A stretch of DNA of 64,000 nt. Origin: Yuukianura sp. NJ FZ-2021 (Eukaryota). The DNA lies in the NCBI GenBank assembly GCA_046563655.1, contig CM102290.1, positions 14,508,001 to 14,572,000 on the forward strand. The letters run 5' to 3'. Each line of letters starts with the position of its first letter. The stretch's first letter is position 1. The position numbers were made by a program, and so were the translations under genes. Below are positions 18,777 to 30,883 of the stretch, in pieces. The notes beneath the pieces were generated by a model. It was not told the origin of the DNA and searched no databases. It saw nothing but the letters and a program-made list of their open reading frames with translations.

Positions 18777-18925
18777 TTTTTTAGTAATAAAAAGACAATT
18801 ACTTTTAGAAAAAAGATGAACTTGGAACTTTTGCCAACTTGACCTCAGGTCAAAAACTGACCACTCCAAGGACTCTCTGAAAATCTGAAGTGAAGTTTGA
18901 TCCTGAACGTTGATCATGCGTCTGG

Positions 18926-19494
18926 TCACATTGTCCTTTCCAGAACTTCTACCATGATAATACTGTTCCCTCTCACGACCTATGTAAGACATACATCAAA
19001 CCGTAGTTGACATGACATAAGAAGTGATTAATCGTAGTAATTAAGAAGTGCGGACTTACGACCATGCCAATGGGACGTTCGCCTTGTCCAGGCGGAAGAA
19101 CCTCTTCTGTGCTCTCCAGAACCACGTTCATGAACGGATCAAAACCACGAAGTATTCCACGAACAGTACGGTTTCCATTTAACTTTACTGTAAACAACGA
19201 AACAACGGTAATTACTAATTTACTAATTACTAATCATCACAATTACTAAGCATTTTAACGATACTACAGTGACAGCACTGTCAATGTCAACCAGATCAAG
19301 GTGACTTACGACAAATCATTTTGTCCATGAACCTGAAAAACAAAAGAACATGCTTAATTGGTGTCTACTCATGACTTAATTGATTGAATAATTAAACGTT
19401 CGTTAGACTTTAGCGTCGCTAAATTAGCGAGCCTTGTGAATTTGTGATTAACGTTAGCTTACTTTCTCATTTCTGGAGGATGTGCCTTACTCAT
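18926..19494 (-). CDS. SNRPG: Small nuclear ribonucleoprotein G (SmG), 4 exons
   Basis: Spliced [48 protein letters not shown]...IGMVVVRGNSIIMVEVLERTM, with Sm1 and Sm2 motifs. Confidence 0.95.
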
Positions 19495-20781
19495 CTTGAA
19501 GCTTGTTGTACGTAAGGGTTGATCGGTACTTCAAAGAATGACAGAGATGGAGTTAATCGATTGATTGACTTGACCTTTGACCTTGCCTTGAGAAATGAAA
19601 TCGGAGCAAGAAAATTGGCAATGAAGATTGGAAAAGAAACCCGGCACGGTGGTTGTGGTTTTTACATAAAAACAAAGCATCAGCCTCAAAAATCACCCGT
19701 ACAGCGGCACTTTTCACTCATATTCTCCCACTCAGCTCAAATTGAGACTAACATTTAATTGTTAAACCATAACTGTCTTAATTATATATAGATGTATCAC
19801 ATACTACAATAACTAATTTAATTATCATATTAACATATTACATAATTACACACCAGAAATTGCAATTTTTAATACTATAAACATAACATGTAAAATTAGT
19901 TGGCGGATACTTTTAGACTTGAACCACCTATTTTTTGCCGACACACGACACTCTAATTTAAAAAGAAACGAAACAGGAAAACGCCGCGAAAAAATTCAAA
20001 TTTGAAACTCGCGGGTTTCTGGCTTCACGTGCTTTTCTTTGCTAAAAATAGTTTTGGAGCGTCGTTTTTCCGTTTGAATGAAACTAGGAATTCCTTAATT
20101 TGCATAACTAAATGCGCATTTAAGCATCAATTTGTCAATTAATCGTACCAATACTTAATTAAATCCGGTAATCCAAAGTTCTGGCAAATCCTACCACCTT
20201 TATCTGTGTCAAATGACCATAAATTGGCAACTTTTAGCGAGGAATCGACGCTAATTTGATCAGACGCCGCTCCGGGAGCAGGAAATTCCAGAGATTCCAA
20301 AGCTCTCCTCCTTCCCGTCTCCTCCCAAACGCCAGTATTTTTCCATGTGCTTTGCATTGCACTTCATTCGGACTTGAATTGAATGAAGCCTCTCCGCTTC
20401 CTCTCTTCTACTGCGTAGTTTCATGGCGTCTTTGTGAGGAGCTGTACTTGTCCTGGCTCGTCCTCCTTCAGTGTAGTTTCGACACTGGACGAGCGAAGAA
20501 CGATTTTACGTAGAGGTCGATAGGAAAACGATTACAAACGACTGCTCACTGAACTTCAACTACTCACGTCACCGTTGACACAGAAAGCTAAACAGGTAGG
20601 CTTCAACAAATAGTAGACTGGATTAGTTCGTCCTGGACAGTCTTGTAGTCAGAGAATTCACTCATCTTGGATAAAGAACAGTAGTTATTCGTTTCAGTTG
20701 TCATTTGCTGGTTATAGTAAAGTGATTTAGTCTGTTTTACCTGTTACTCATCCAGATACAACCCGGAATCATCTAGAAACG

Positions 20782-23700
20782 ATGGATCCAGGCGATGCTC
20801 CACCGGGAAGAGCCAGAGGGCGAGCTCGGGGAATGGTTCGACACGGCCATGAGCCAGTAACGCCTGGCTTGCCTCAACAACCGCCTGCACAGGCTGGACC
20901 TGCTCAGCCACAACGAGGATCGCCGCCTGGACGGTTGCTGGAACCCAGAATGGGCGAACTTTCACTGGAAGACATGGAGGTCATTCCACAAGACGAGGCT
21001 GAGCATATCACTCGTTATGGCAGCAACGGGAACGGAAATGGCAACGGAAATGGTAATGGCAACGGAAACGGGAATGGCCATGGCAACGGAAATGGGAATG
21101 GCAACGGAGGCGACGATGACGACGACATGCTGGGACGAGACGGTCAATGGCTGGCAGCTCGAGCACAAGTTCTGGCTCGAAGCATGGACCGTTACGACTT
21201 CATCAGTACCATCACGGATGCCACTCCGACCAAAGTCGGAACTGCTGGAAATAAAATCACATGCTTCGCCAACTACTTCAGCTTCGTTACATCCGGGGAA
21301 TGGTATGTTTACTTCCTAAATTCAATGTGTATAATAATAATATAATTCATTTTATATAATAATAATATTATAATTTATATAATAATTGTTTATTGTCATT
21401 TTTTAGGAGAATGTACCACTACAGAGTGGATTTTGAGCCAGTCGCCGACGACACACGAGTCCGCCGGAACGTCATGCGTACTCTACGAGGCGTACTGGGC
21501 CACTTGATCTTTGATGGTCACTCGGTTTGGCGCACTCAGCAGTTGACGACTCTGGAATACCAAGCTATCGACGAAACCACTCAGATTCCTTATGTCGTGA
21601 AATTCAAGTTGGTTGCTACACTGAATCCAGGCGACCCCCAATTTATCCAATTCTACAACAATGTCACTCGCACTTGTCTCCGGTTGCTCAAGCTGTGTCA
21701 GATGGGCAGGAACTACTTTGATCCTACTGCGGAAGTGGTCATCTCGAATTATCGGATCAAGTTATGGCCAGGATTCGTGACGACACTGAGGAACCATGAC
21801 CATGGAATGCTTTACTGCGTCGAGCTGACCAACAAGGTCATTCGGATTGACACCGTTTGGGACATCATGAAACAAATTCGACGAGAAACGACTCAGCGAA
21901 ATCCAAATGCTAACTTCAAGGCGGCCATCCAAGCGGAAGTCGTTGGATCCATTGTAAGTGATTTTTTCAAAAACTTCTTGCAATTAATCATAAATCAATT
22001 ACTCATGATGATGATTTGATTACTCATGATAATTCATGATGATGATGATGGTTCATGATGATTTTTTGTTAAATCATAGGTATTGACTATGTACAACAAT
22101 CGGACCTACAGAGTGGACGACATAGAGTGGAACGAAAATCCCAATTCCACATTTTCTTCACGCGATGGAACTCCGATCAGCTATGTCGACTACTACAGCA
22201 AGTAAGTAATTTAGAAAAAAAGAATGTCTTGAACATTTAGAAGTTAGAAATGAAATAGTAAATTGAACTTGTTTTGTTTTGCAGGTACAGCTCTCACCCC
22301 ATCACGTTCTTGCAACAGCCGCTGCTTGTGAGCAATCCCAAGCCGCGTGACATCCGAATGGGCCGTACGGAGCCGATTAAGCTCATTCCCGAGCTGTGTC
22401 AAATGACGGGACTCACGGAGAAGATGAGAGCTGACTTTACGATGATGAAGGAAATGTCCAGCTATCTCTTCATGCCACCGCAACAAAAGATTGACCACAC
22501 TGTCGCCTTCATCAGAAGACTTTTGGCTAATCCACAGGTTCAATTATGAAAATTATAAATTATGAGATCAGAATTATAAATTATGAAAATTATGGATTTT
22601 GTGTGCTCTTATTAGATTCAGGAGGAGTTCAATGGGTGGGGAATGGAGCTGCGACTGCGTCCAGTGGAAGTGGAAGCCAGGATTTTACCAGCAGAGTTCG
22701 TCCTGCTCCGTGACAAGCGAAATCCACAAACGAGATACCAATTTCCCGTCAAGGACGCTGATTTTGATGGAGCCTTTCGAGGTAAGTTTGAAACTGACAA
22801 ACGAACGAATCCTGAAATCTATTTTGTAAACAACTGTTTGAAAGATTTAACTTTTTTTGTTTAGGCCTTGGACACTTGGTTAGAACTGTTGCACTGAACA
22901 ACTGGGTCATCATTTTGACGCAACGGGACAACGCTGGACTGGAAAACCTGATTAGCACTTTGCAGAAAGTGGCTGGAAACATGGATTTTCGAATTGCTCG
23001 ACCAGCTGAAGTGTAAGAAAGTCAAGTTTTTTATAATATTGATTTAAATGTGATAATGTGACGACGTTTATATAAAATTTTGTTATTTTTTTAACATTTC
23101 AGAATTAACGTGAATGGAATGAATCCTGACGTTTTCGGGAATGCTGTGACGCAAGCTCGGACGAGGCACAAGGTGTTGCAGTTGGTGTTTGTCGTTCTGC
23201 CGTCTTCTCGGCTTGACGTCTACTCCGCCGTCAAGAAAAAGTGCTACCATGATTTCGGACGTAAGTTCAGTTGACGTTTTTCCACGTCATTTTGACGTAT
23301 TGATTGCAATGACGGATGGTGGCCACTCGCCAAAACTAACGTTTTTGAGTTGAAAATAACGTTTTTGACGTTTTTGTTGGTTTTTAGTTGCTTCGCAATG
23401 CTTTTTGTCGAAGAATGTTGGAAGTCGAAGGTTGATGAGCATTGCAACGAAGGTGGCGATCCAGATGAACGCTAAGCTGGGCGGTGAGTGCTGGGGAATC
23501 CGAATTCCTTTGAAGGTGAGAAAAAACGGAACTGTTTATGATTTTATGTTGAAATAACTAAAGTTATTATATTTATTATATAAGTTATTTTATAATAATT
23601 GTAAATTATTTGAAAGGCTACGATGATTGTTGGATTTGACGTGCACCATGGAAAGGTAGGAAGCACAGGAGGCAGCCTTGGGGCAATGGTGGCCACGACG

Positions 23701-24625
23701 AACGCCGAATTCTTGACGTACTTCTCTACGGCCTCTATTTTCCGCAGTCGTGAAGAACTTTCGTCAACTATGGCTGACAACATGACGAGTAAGTAGTTAG
23801 TTGTGTCATTTTGGGTATAAGAGCTGAATTAATCGATTAGTTAGATTAATTCGATTAATGACGAGTGTTGGTTTTTATTTTTGCAGAGTGCGTCAATGCC
23901 TTCCGGACTGTGAACAATGGGATGCTGCCGGATCGAATCATTTTCTACCGTGACGGAGTAGGCGATGGACAGCTGACTTTTGTCATCAAAACGGAGCTTG
24001 AAGCTTTGAAGGTGAAATTAAAGTGAATGTTAATTAATTAGTTTTAAAATTGTTTAAAAAGTTTAAAAAGTTGAGTTTTAAAATGACGTTTAAATTGTAG
24101 GAGACTTTGAAAACTTTCTATGCGAACAATGGACGAGACATGCCGCAGCTGACGATGATCATCACCACGAAGAGGATCAATACACGGATTTTTGGAAGTC
24201 TCGGTGGCAGCAAGGTGGAGAACGCAAAACCAGGCACGGTCGTGGACACGAAAATTACGTTACCACAACGGTCAGTTTTTAAAAATTTTTGAAAAGTTTT
24301 GAAATTTTGAAAAAATGTTGAAAAAGTTTTGTATAATGTGACTTTTTGTGTGTGTTTTAGTTGGGACTTCTTTTTGATTGCTCAAGTGGCTCGTCAAGGA
24401 ACTGTCACTCCGACGAACTACAATGTGATTCATGACACGAACGGTCTAACTGCTGACAGAGTGCAGCAATTGACGTACAAACTGTGTCACTTGTATGCAA
24501 ACTGGAGCGGAACAGTGGCAGTCCCAGCGGTGGTTCAGTATGCACACAAGATGGCCTTTCTCACGGGAACTGCACTGGATCAACCTGCGCCTGACAGGAT
24601 TGGACACACGCTGTACTATCTCTGA
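20782..24625 (+). CDS. piwi: PIWI-clade Argonaute (Piwi/Aubergine-like), ~13 exons
   Basis: N-terminal [26 protein letters not shown]...[20 protein letters not shown]...SQC...[24 protein letters not shown] / EELS / [11 protein letters not shown] / YAHKMAFL; C-terminal LYYL. Confidence 0.97.
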
Positions 24626-24807
24626 ACATGAGAGTCAAGAATTCCAAACGACACGAGTCCCTTTACTTTTACTTTGATTATTCTATTAGTTTTCTAAAAA
24701 GCTTCAAACTGTTTTAGAATTTAGATTAATTCGGACCTTACTTCTACTTGATGTCAGTTTTGACGCAAAACGTTTTGATTTTTGCAGGATTTGTGTTTAG
24801 CTCTTTA

Positions 24808-24995
24808 GATTTTAGTTTTTAGTTTCAGTGTTCGACCTCCTTCGACACTTAGTGTATGCGGGGCACTTTGTTATCGTAAGTTTTCTTTTGAAAACTTAAT
24901 GTTTTAGATTTTAGTTTCAGTGTTTGAACACCTTCGACACTTATGATATGCGGAGCACTTTGTTAAACTTAGTTTTCTTTTGAAAACTTGAAGTT
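24808..24995 (+). repeat. Two tandem ~90-bp copies in the putative piwi 3' UTR
   Basis: TTTAGTTTCAGTGTT..ACCT/CCTTCGACACTTA..TATGCGG.GCACTTTGTTA..AGTTTTCTTTTGAAAACTT occurs twice. Confidence 0.85.
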
Positions 24996-25977
24996 TTGGT
25001 GGAGAATTAGGGAGGTTTGAGCTAAGTTTTGAAGTGTTGGAGAACAGAAGTAGGATTTTTAGTGTTAGAATTTATTTTGTTTTTGTTGGGTTGCAAACCT
25101 GTTGGAAATTGCTTATAAGCTTCTTCCTGTTATTAATTAATTTGAATTAATCGATTACTGGTGTGGGTTATTTAGAGATTAGAAATTGTAAAGATTTTCT
25201 AAGATTTAATGAATTGTTGTTGTTTCTTTTGAGGGTTTTTGTTTAGTTGAGGATTTCAGAAGCTAAGATTTTTGTTGTAACAGTTTGGAAGCTTTGATTT
25301 ATTAATTTATATGGGACTATAATAAATTGATGTACGTGTTCGTTTGAAGTAACTCTGCTGTGTAGTTGTTTATTGTGATCAATTAGTTTGATTACTTTGA
25401 CTAATAATTTAGAAAGTAATTGAATTAAGTGAGAGTAGGTTAAAGTTTTGATGTACTGCGATGCTTGGGTTTGCGAACCACTGTGACGTGGGAAAGAGCG
25501 GGAAAATTTTGAACCTAAAAGCAGATGAGGATCGGATCGGAAGCGGAACAAATCAACAAATTGTAAAAGTTTTACAATTTACACAGACGTTAGTTTTTTT
25601 TTAATTTATCGCAGTTAATTAATCGATTACTTTGGAATTTTAGTTTGAGAGGAGAACGACGACGATAGGCATTCCAGAAGTTAAGGTGGAAAGACGGCGA
25701 CGAAGCAAACACGAAGAAAGGTAAGAATTCGTCGGTAATTTTCAGTTTGTTAATTTAGGAAGAACTGCACAGACATATTTAATGATTTTTATAAATAGAC
25801 ATTGACTTTTGAATGAAATTAATACTTACCATTGTTTGATTTGTTAGGTTGCACTGTGGTTGAGACGTGGGAGCTGCCTGGATTGAAAGGAAACTGAACG
25901 GAAGTTATCTCTGGATTCTGGAAAAGCAGTTTGGAACGATCGGTTAACGTTTTGGACACTCCAGTCTATAAACCAAG

Positions 25978-27116
25978 ATGTCTTCCTGGAAGAATGCTCA
26001 TAAATCCTATCAAAAACCACATCGAGAGAGACATCAGGTGAAGGACGCTTGACATTTTGATTTTAGTCAGCAATTTGTGTCGAAGCGATCGATAACTGCA
26101 GTGAATTAATGTATCTTGTTAAACGTTTCTTTCTTTTTTTTATGTAGCCTGAAGCTCGGAAGCATCTCGGACTGCTGGAAAAGAAGAAGGATTACAAACT
26201 ACGTGCCGAGTGAGTCCAATGTAGCACTAATTAGCATCCGATTAATCAATTAACTATTCAATTAACATGCAGCAGAGCTGTTACGTTTTAGTTCAATTTT
26301 GATATCGTTTTTCAACTTTTGTCAACAGCGACTACAACGAAAAGAAGAATCAGCTCAAGTTATTACAGAAACGAGCACTCAACCGAAATCCAGATGAATT
26401 CTACTTCCATATGATCAATTCTCAAGTCGAGGTAAACAAAACATGCTGAGTTAATTGTTTCTTGATTAACTAAACTAATTATTTTTATAACCATTAAGGA
26501 TGGAGAGCACAAGGAGAAAAGTAAGAAGATCGAGTACACTCCAGATCAACTCCAACTGATGCAAACACAAGACCTCAAGTACATTTCCAGTCGACGGACC
26601 ATGGAAGCCAAGAAAATTGAAAAACTCAAGGCCTCGCTTCATCAACTGTCCGAAACAGAAGCACCGCAGAACAAACACACTTTCTTTGTCGATTCTTCAA
26701 CTGACCTCAAGACGTTCAATTTGGCCAAACAACTTGGCACTACAAAGGACTTGGTCAAACGCAGATTCAATCGTCTTCCGCCCGAGAAGTTATCTCAGAT
26801 CAAAATCTGTTCTAAGAATTCCAGTGGCAACAAGGACGAAGTGGTCCACACGGTTGTCAAGGAGAAGCGGAGAGCCTATCAACTACTGGCGGCCAGAGAA
26901 GACAGAGCTCTCAAACTACTTCGTCTCCAGAGGAAACTGGAACTCAAAAGGGCTCTTCAGGTGATTTCACATTTTATACTTTGATTAATCACTTAATTAA
27001 CCAATTAATGTTATGTTTCCAAACAGGATAAGAAAAGAGAAGTAAAGAAGCGAATAGAACCACCGCATCCTGAAGCAGCCCCGATTTATGAGTTCAAGCG
27101 AGAGCGGAAACGTTGA
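25978..27116 (+). CDS. UTP11: U3 snoRNA-associated protein 11 (SSU processome), 5 exons
   Basis: [40 protein letters not shown]...[17 protein letters not shown]...[10 protein letters not shown]...[11 protein letters not shown]. Confidence 0.96.
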
Positions 27117-27760
27117 AAAAGTTTGAAAATCGTCAATCATCTTCTCCGTAACCTTTGACTCAACGTAGAAATTTTTAAGTATTTTCTAACGACGTAATTA
27201 AAACGTTTGTAATTGCTAACATCCACGTAATTTTTCTTCCAAAATCCACCTTTGAGGTCACCAGTGCCAAAATAGGAATGCAGGGACTCTACTGGAATTA
27301 CTCAAAAGTGTTAGCAAGTTAGTAAAGTAATTAATTGAGTTAGGGTGACTAATCGATTAACGTTAGTGAAGACGAAAGAGTGATTTTAGTATTCCATGCA
27401 TAGATGTGTTTGGTTTTCTGCGGTGCATGTGGAGGATGTTTACATCTAAAACTTCACATCAGCTGACACATGTCGAGTTTCACTTTTTACAATAATCTTT
27501 GCATTCCAAACTGTTGAATTTCAACATAATCGTTACTTTACTCCGTTCCGGTTGTAATCGGGCGGCTCAAAACGTTGTGAAATCGATTAATCCCCAGACG
27601 TAATCGAAGAAGTAATTGACCAAGGTCATCTCTGGAGTCTGGAGCCTGACTTCCTATTGAACTCTACTTGTAAGATGTTCAATTCCTTTTAGTTGGTGTT
27701 GGCTGTTTGTTGGACTAATCTATGTATTAATTGATTGATTTCTAATTAATTAGATTAATC

Positions 27761-28715
27761 ATGGCTGGACCACCACCGAGACAAATAGCAATGAGAAGTG
27801 GACTGGTAGGAATTGAGCGGAAACTGGAGAAGGACATTGTTGTGACGAACCAGAAAATATCCGCGGCCTTCCAGGACATCAACACTCTCATGCAAGCGGC
27901 AAAACCAATGGTGGAACTCGTCCATAAAATATCAGACATCATGAAGGTAGGAACAACTAATTAATCAGAGCTAATTAATCAGATGATTAATCAACTGATT
28001 CATGTATTGCAGGATATGCAAGGTGACGAAGAAGTGCCAGAGAATGAACTGAAGGACTTTAGGCACAACCTGCTCAGTTTGGGAGTAAAGGTCAAGGATC
28101 CAGTGACGAAAGCCAAGTTTGGAAAGGACGAGTACTTTAGAAAACTAGCCAAAGAAATCTCTGATACGCTCAGCGAGGAGATAGGGGTAATTGATCAATC
28201 GGAACTAATTAGTAAGTGAATTACTTAACTAATTGATTACTAATTACTAGAGGAGGGCTGGAATCATGACTCTGGTGGAAGCCTTCGTTAGACTCAACAG
28301 AGCTCGCGGAGTCAAATTAGTTTCGCCTCAAGATATGCTCCATGCCTGTTTTAACTTGGAAAAGGAACGACTCCCGATAAGGCTCAAGGAGTACGGGAAA
28401 GGGCTCAGGGTACTTCAACACATCACGTTCAGCGATGCAGTCTACAAGGATGCTGTTCTGATATTGGCATGAAACAACTAACATTATCATAGTCTCACAG
28501 TCTAATCATAAAGTAATTGAGCATTTCTAATTACTTTGCAGATTGACGAGAGAGAATGGATATCGGCTGAGAAGTACGCTGAAATCGCTGGATTGCCGCT
28601 GCTCGTATCTCGTCACGTTCTAAAATTATTAGAAAAGGATGGAAAAATATGCAGAGATGAATCTATCCAAGGTCTTCGCTTTTATAGCTCTCGTCTTCTC
28701 CACTCCATTCCTTAA
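27761..28715 (+). CDS. VPS36: VPS36/EAP45-like ESCRT-II subunit, C-terminal helical and winged-helix part only. Exons 27761-27946, 28013-28186, 28251-28466, 28542-28715
   Basis: SGLVGIERKLE...ISAAFQDINTLMQAAKPMVEL; LLSLGV..DPVT; GIMTLVEAFVRLNRARGVKLVSPQD; KICRDESIQGLRFY. The last intron requires a GC donor. Confidence 0.88.
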
Positions 28716-29070
28716 CTATGATTACTAATTAGTTATTCGAAGATTACCAATTAATCCAAGATTACTAATAAGTTAAATCCAACACAAACTACATACACTT
28801 CATCACATTATAATGCACCCAGGTTAATTTGCAAATATCAAAATTTATTTATATTATTATTCCACAAATATTCGAATTTTTATAAAAAACGAAACTGGAG
28901 AAACTTAAAGAGTAACCAATTCGGGTTTCTTTGATTTTCAAGTCATACATTAGTTCTTAATTAGTTTAAATTTTTTAGCACTCGATTCTCAAAATATTTT
29001 TTTCCAACTTACAAGATGGTTCACAATTTATGATTGTTGGGTTTATGACAAATGGCTTTTTAGTGTACAA

Positions 29071-29737
29071 TTAATTGCTTCCTACACGATCTCTTGGTAT
29101 GAGGCGAAGGTTGGCTCCATGTTTCATAAAAATGTTTCCTAAAATTTTTCAAGAAGCGTAACGTTGGTATAAAAAAAATTAGTAGTACAGAAGTTTTTAG
29201 TTGAAAGTTGTCCAATTACCGGCAGTTTCCTGCGGACTAAATCCTATCCCATCGTCAGTAATAATCGCTGAAGTTGCGGCATTTACACCAAACTGATCTG
29301 CAGCGTAGCGTAGTACATGCGTAAATGGAATGTGGGCTGGAACACTAAATCTAAAAACAAAACAGCGGAAGTTAATTACATTTGCGGAAATGTTTCGGTT
29401 GACATATCCTCTAAACGTTGCAAATACGTTTGAAACGTCTTTTCCCCCTCGGCCGGCGATGTCATTTCTTGCCGTTGTTCAATTTCTTGCTCGGTTTAAC
29501 GCCTTCATTGAGAGGTTTTTCGTAAACTAGAAATGCTCAATGGTGTGCTTACACTTTGAACGGTGACTTGGGGTCCGACGTTAGTACAATTTTGAATGAC
29601 ACTTTCTGTTTGTCCGCAGCCTTGTCCGTTGTACCCGACCTGTTGACTCAGGAAATGGCAAACTTATTGAATTCTACTTTCATACTATAGTAATAACCAT
29701 TTTGTAATTTAAGTTAATCGATTAATCGTACTTACAT
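29071..29737 (-). CDS. UFM1: Ubiquitin-fold modifier 1-like (divergent), 4 exons, start codon split AT|G by intron 1
   Basis: Spliced [95 protein letters not shown]. Confidence 0.93.
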
Positions 29738-30250
29738 GATTAATAATTAGAAAGAATCGTTTAGAGGACGAGGACACCAGCAGCTGTTCAGTCTCGTGTC
29801 GAAACTGCAAGAGAAACTGAAAAGTCAAAAAAAAAAATTGTCCACTTTCAAAATTTAATTTGAAAAAGAGAGAGTATTTCCCGCCATCAAAAAAAAGTGA
29901 GACAAGACGCTACTCCGCCAACTCAAAAACTTAGAACAATAACGAGCTATTGAACTAACGATTTGAAAATTTTTAAAATGGACAGGAACTTATAAAATTA
30001 GTTAAGATCGTGATGTGGTAGCCTGTAATTTATTAGAACAAACTTGTTTGATTGTTGAGGCTCACAGGAGTTAAAGTTCATTAGCAATAAACCAAGATTA
30101 AGTTATTACTGAATAATATCGATTCTAATCAATCAAAAAGTCGGATTCTAAGGTTTAACGTAACTCTGGTCGGTCAACATCGTGCGGTTAAATTAAAATT
30201 AGAATAAATAACTTACATGCTTTAGGTTTGTAGTCATCAGTGAAAAACTT

Positions 30251-30883
30251 TTAGGATGCTGGTAGATTAGAATTGAAAATGATCGCCAGTTCTCCATATC
30301 TGTTGAATACAGGAGAGTCAAAGTCAGCTCCAAAGGATTTGGCACTCATGACGAATCCAACGCTACGGACGTTTATGCGATCGGGATGAACTGGACCTAA
30401 AAGAAGACAACATCTTTAGAAATAATGTCAACTGGACATACCTTCTGGACCAGAATTCAGAACTTTTGGTCTCACCTTGGCTGTACTTGTGAGGATAAAA
30501 TCTGTGTCCATCATTGCTGATGTCCTCCTTCGGGATGAGCCACTGGAGAGTGACGTACTTTTCTGTGAATTGATCTGACCAGAGGTAGACGATGATCCCG
30601 AAGTAAATTTTATTGGATTTTGAGAAGACTCGAACGACATCTCCCAGTCTGTAACAAAGTCCATTGTGAATCAACTGATCGCTGGTTATGAGAGTGTAGT
30701 TGGTGGGTTCTGGTAAGTCTGGTCCAACCTATGACATAAACAACCGCATAAATTAAGATTTACGTTAGTGAAATACTGAAAAGTAGAGCAATTTACATAT
30801 TTAAAGACTGAACGATGCTGTGGCTGTTTCCTTCGTCGGGTACTAGGTGTATTGGTTGAGCTTCCTCCCAAGTCCATTGACAT
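30251..30883 (-). CDS. GATAD1: GATAD1-like protein, BAH-like C-terminal domain only, 3 exons
   Basis: RSVFKY|...TLITSDQLIHNGLCYRLGDVVRVFSKSNKIYFGIIVYLWSDQFTEKYVTLQWLIP...FYPHKYSQGP resembles GATAD1 YYQIGDVVSV...DQYCEKSAALTWLIP (from memory). Confidence 0.8.

Noticed and set aside
21017..21319. ORF with repeated MATEM units
   Set aside because: Alternative frame of the Piwi (NG)n tract.
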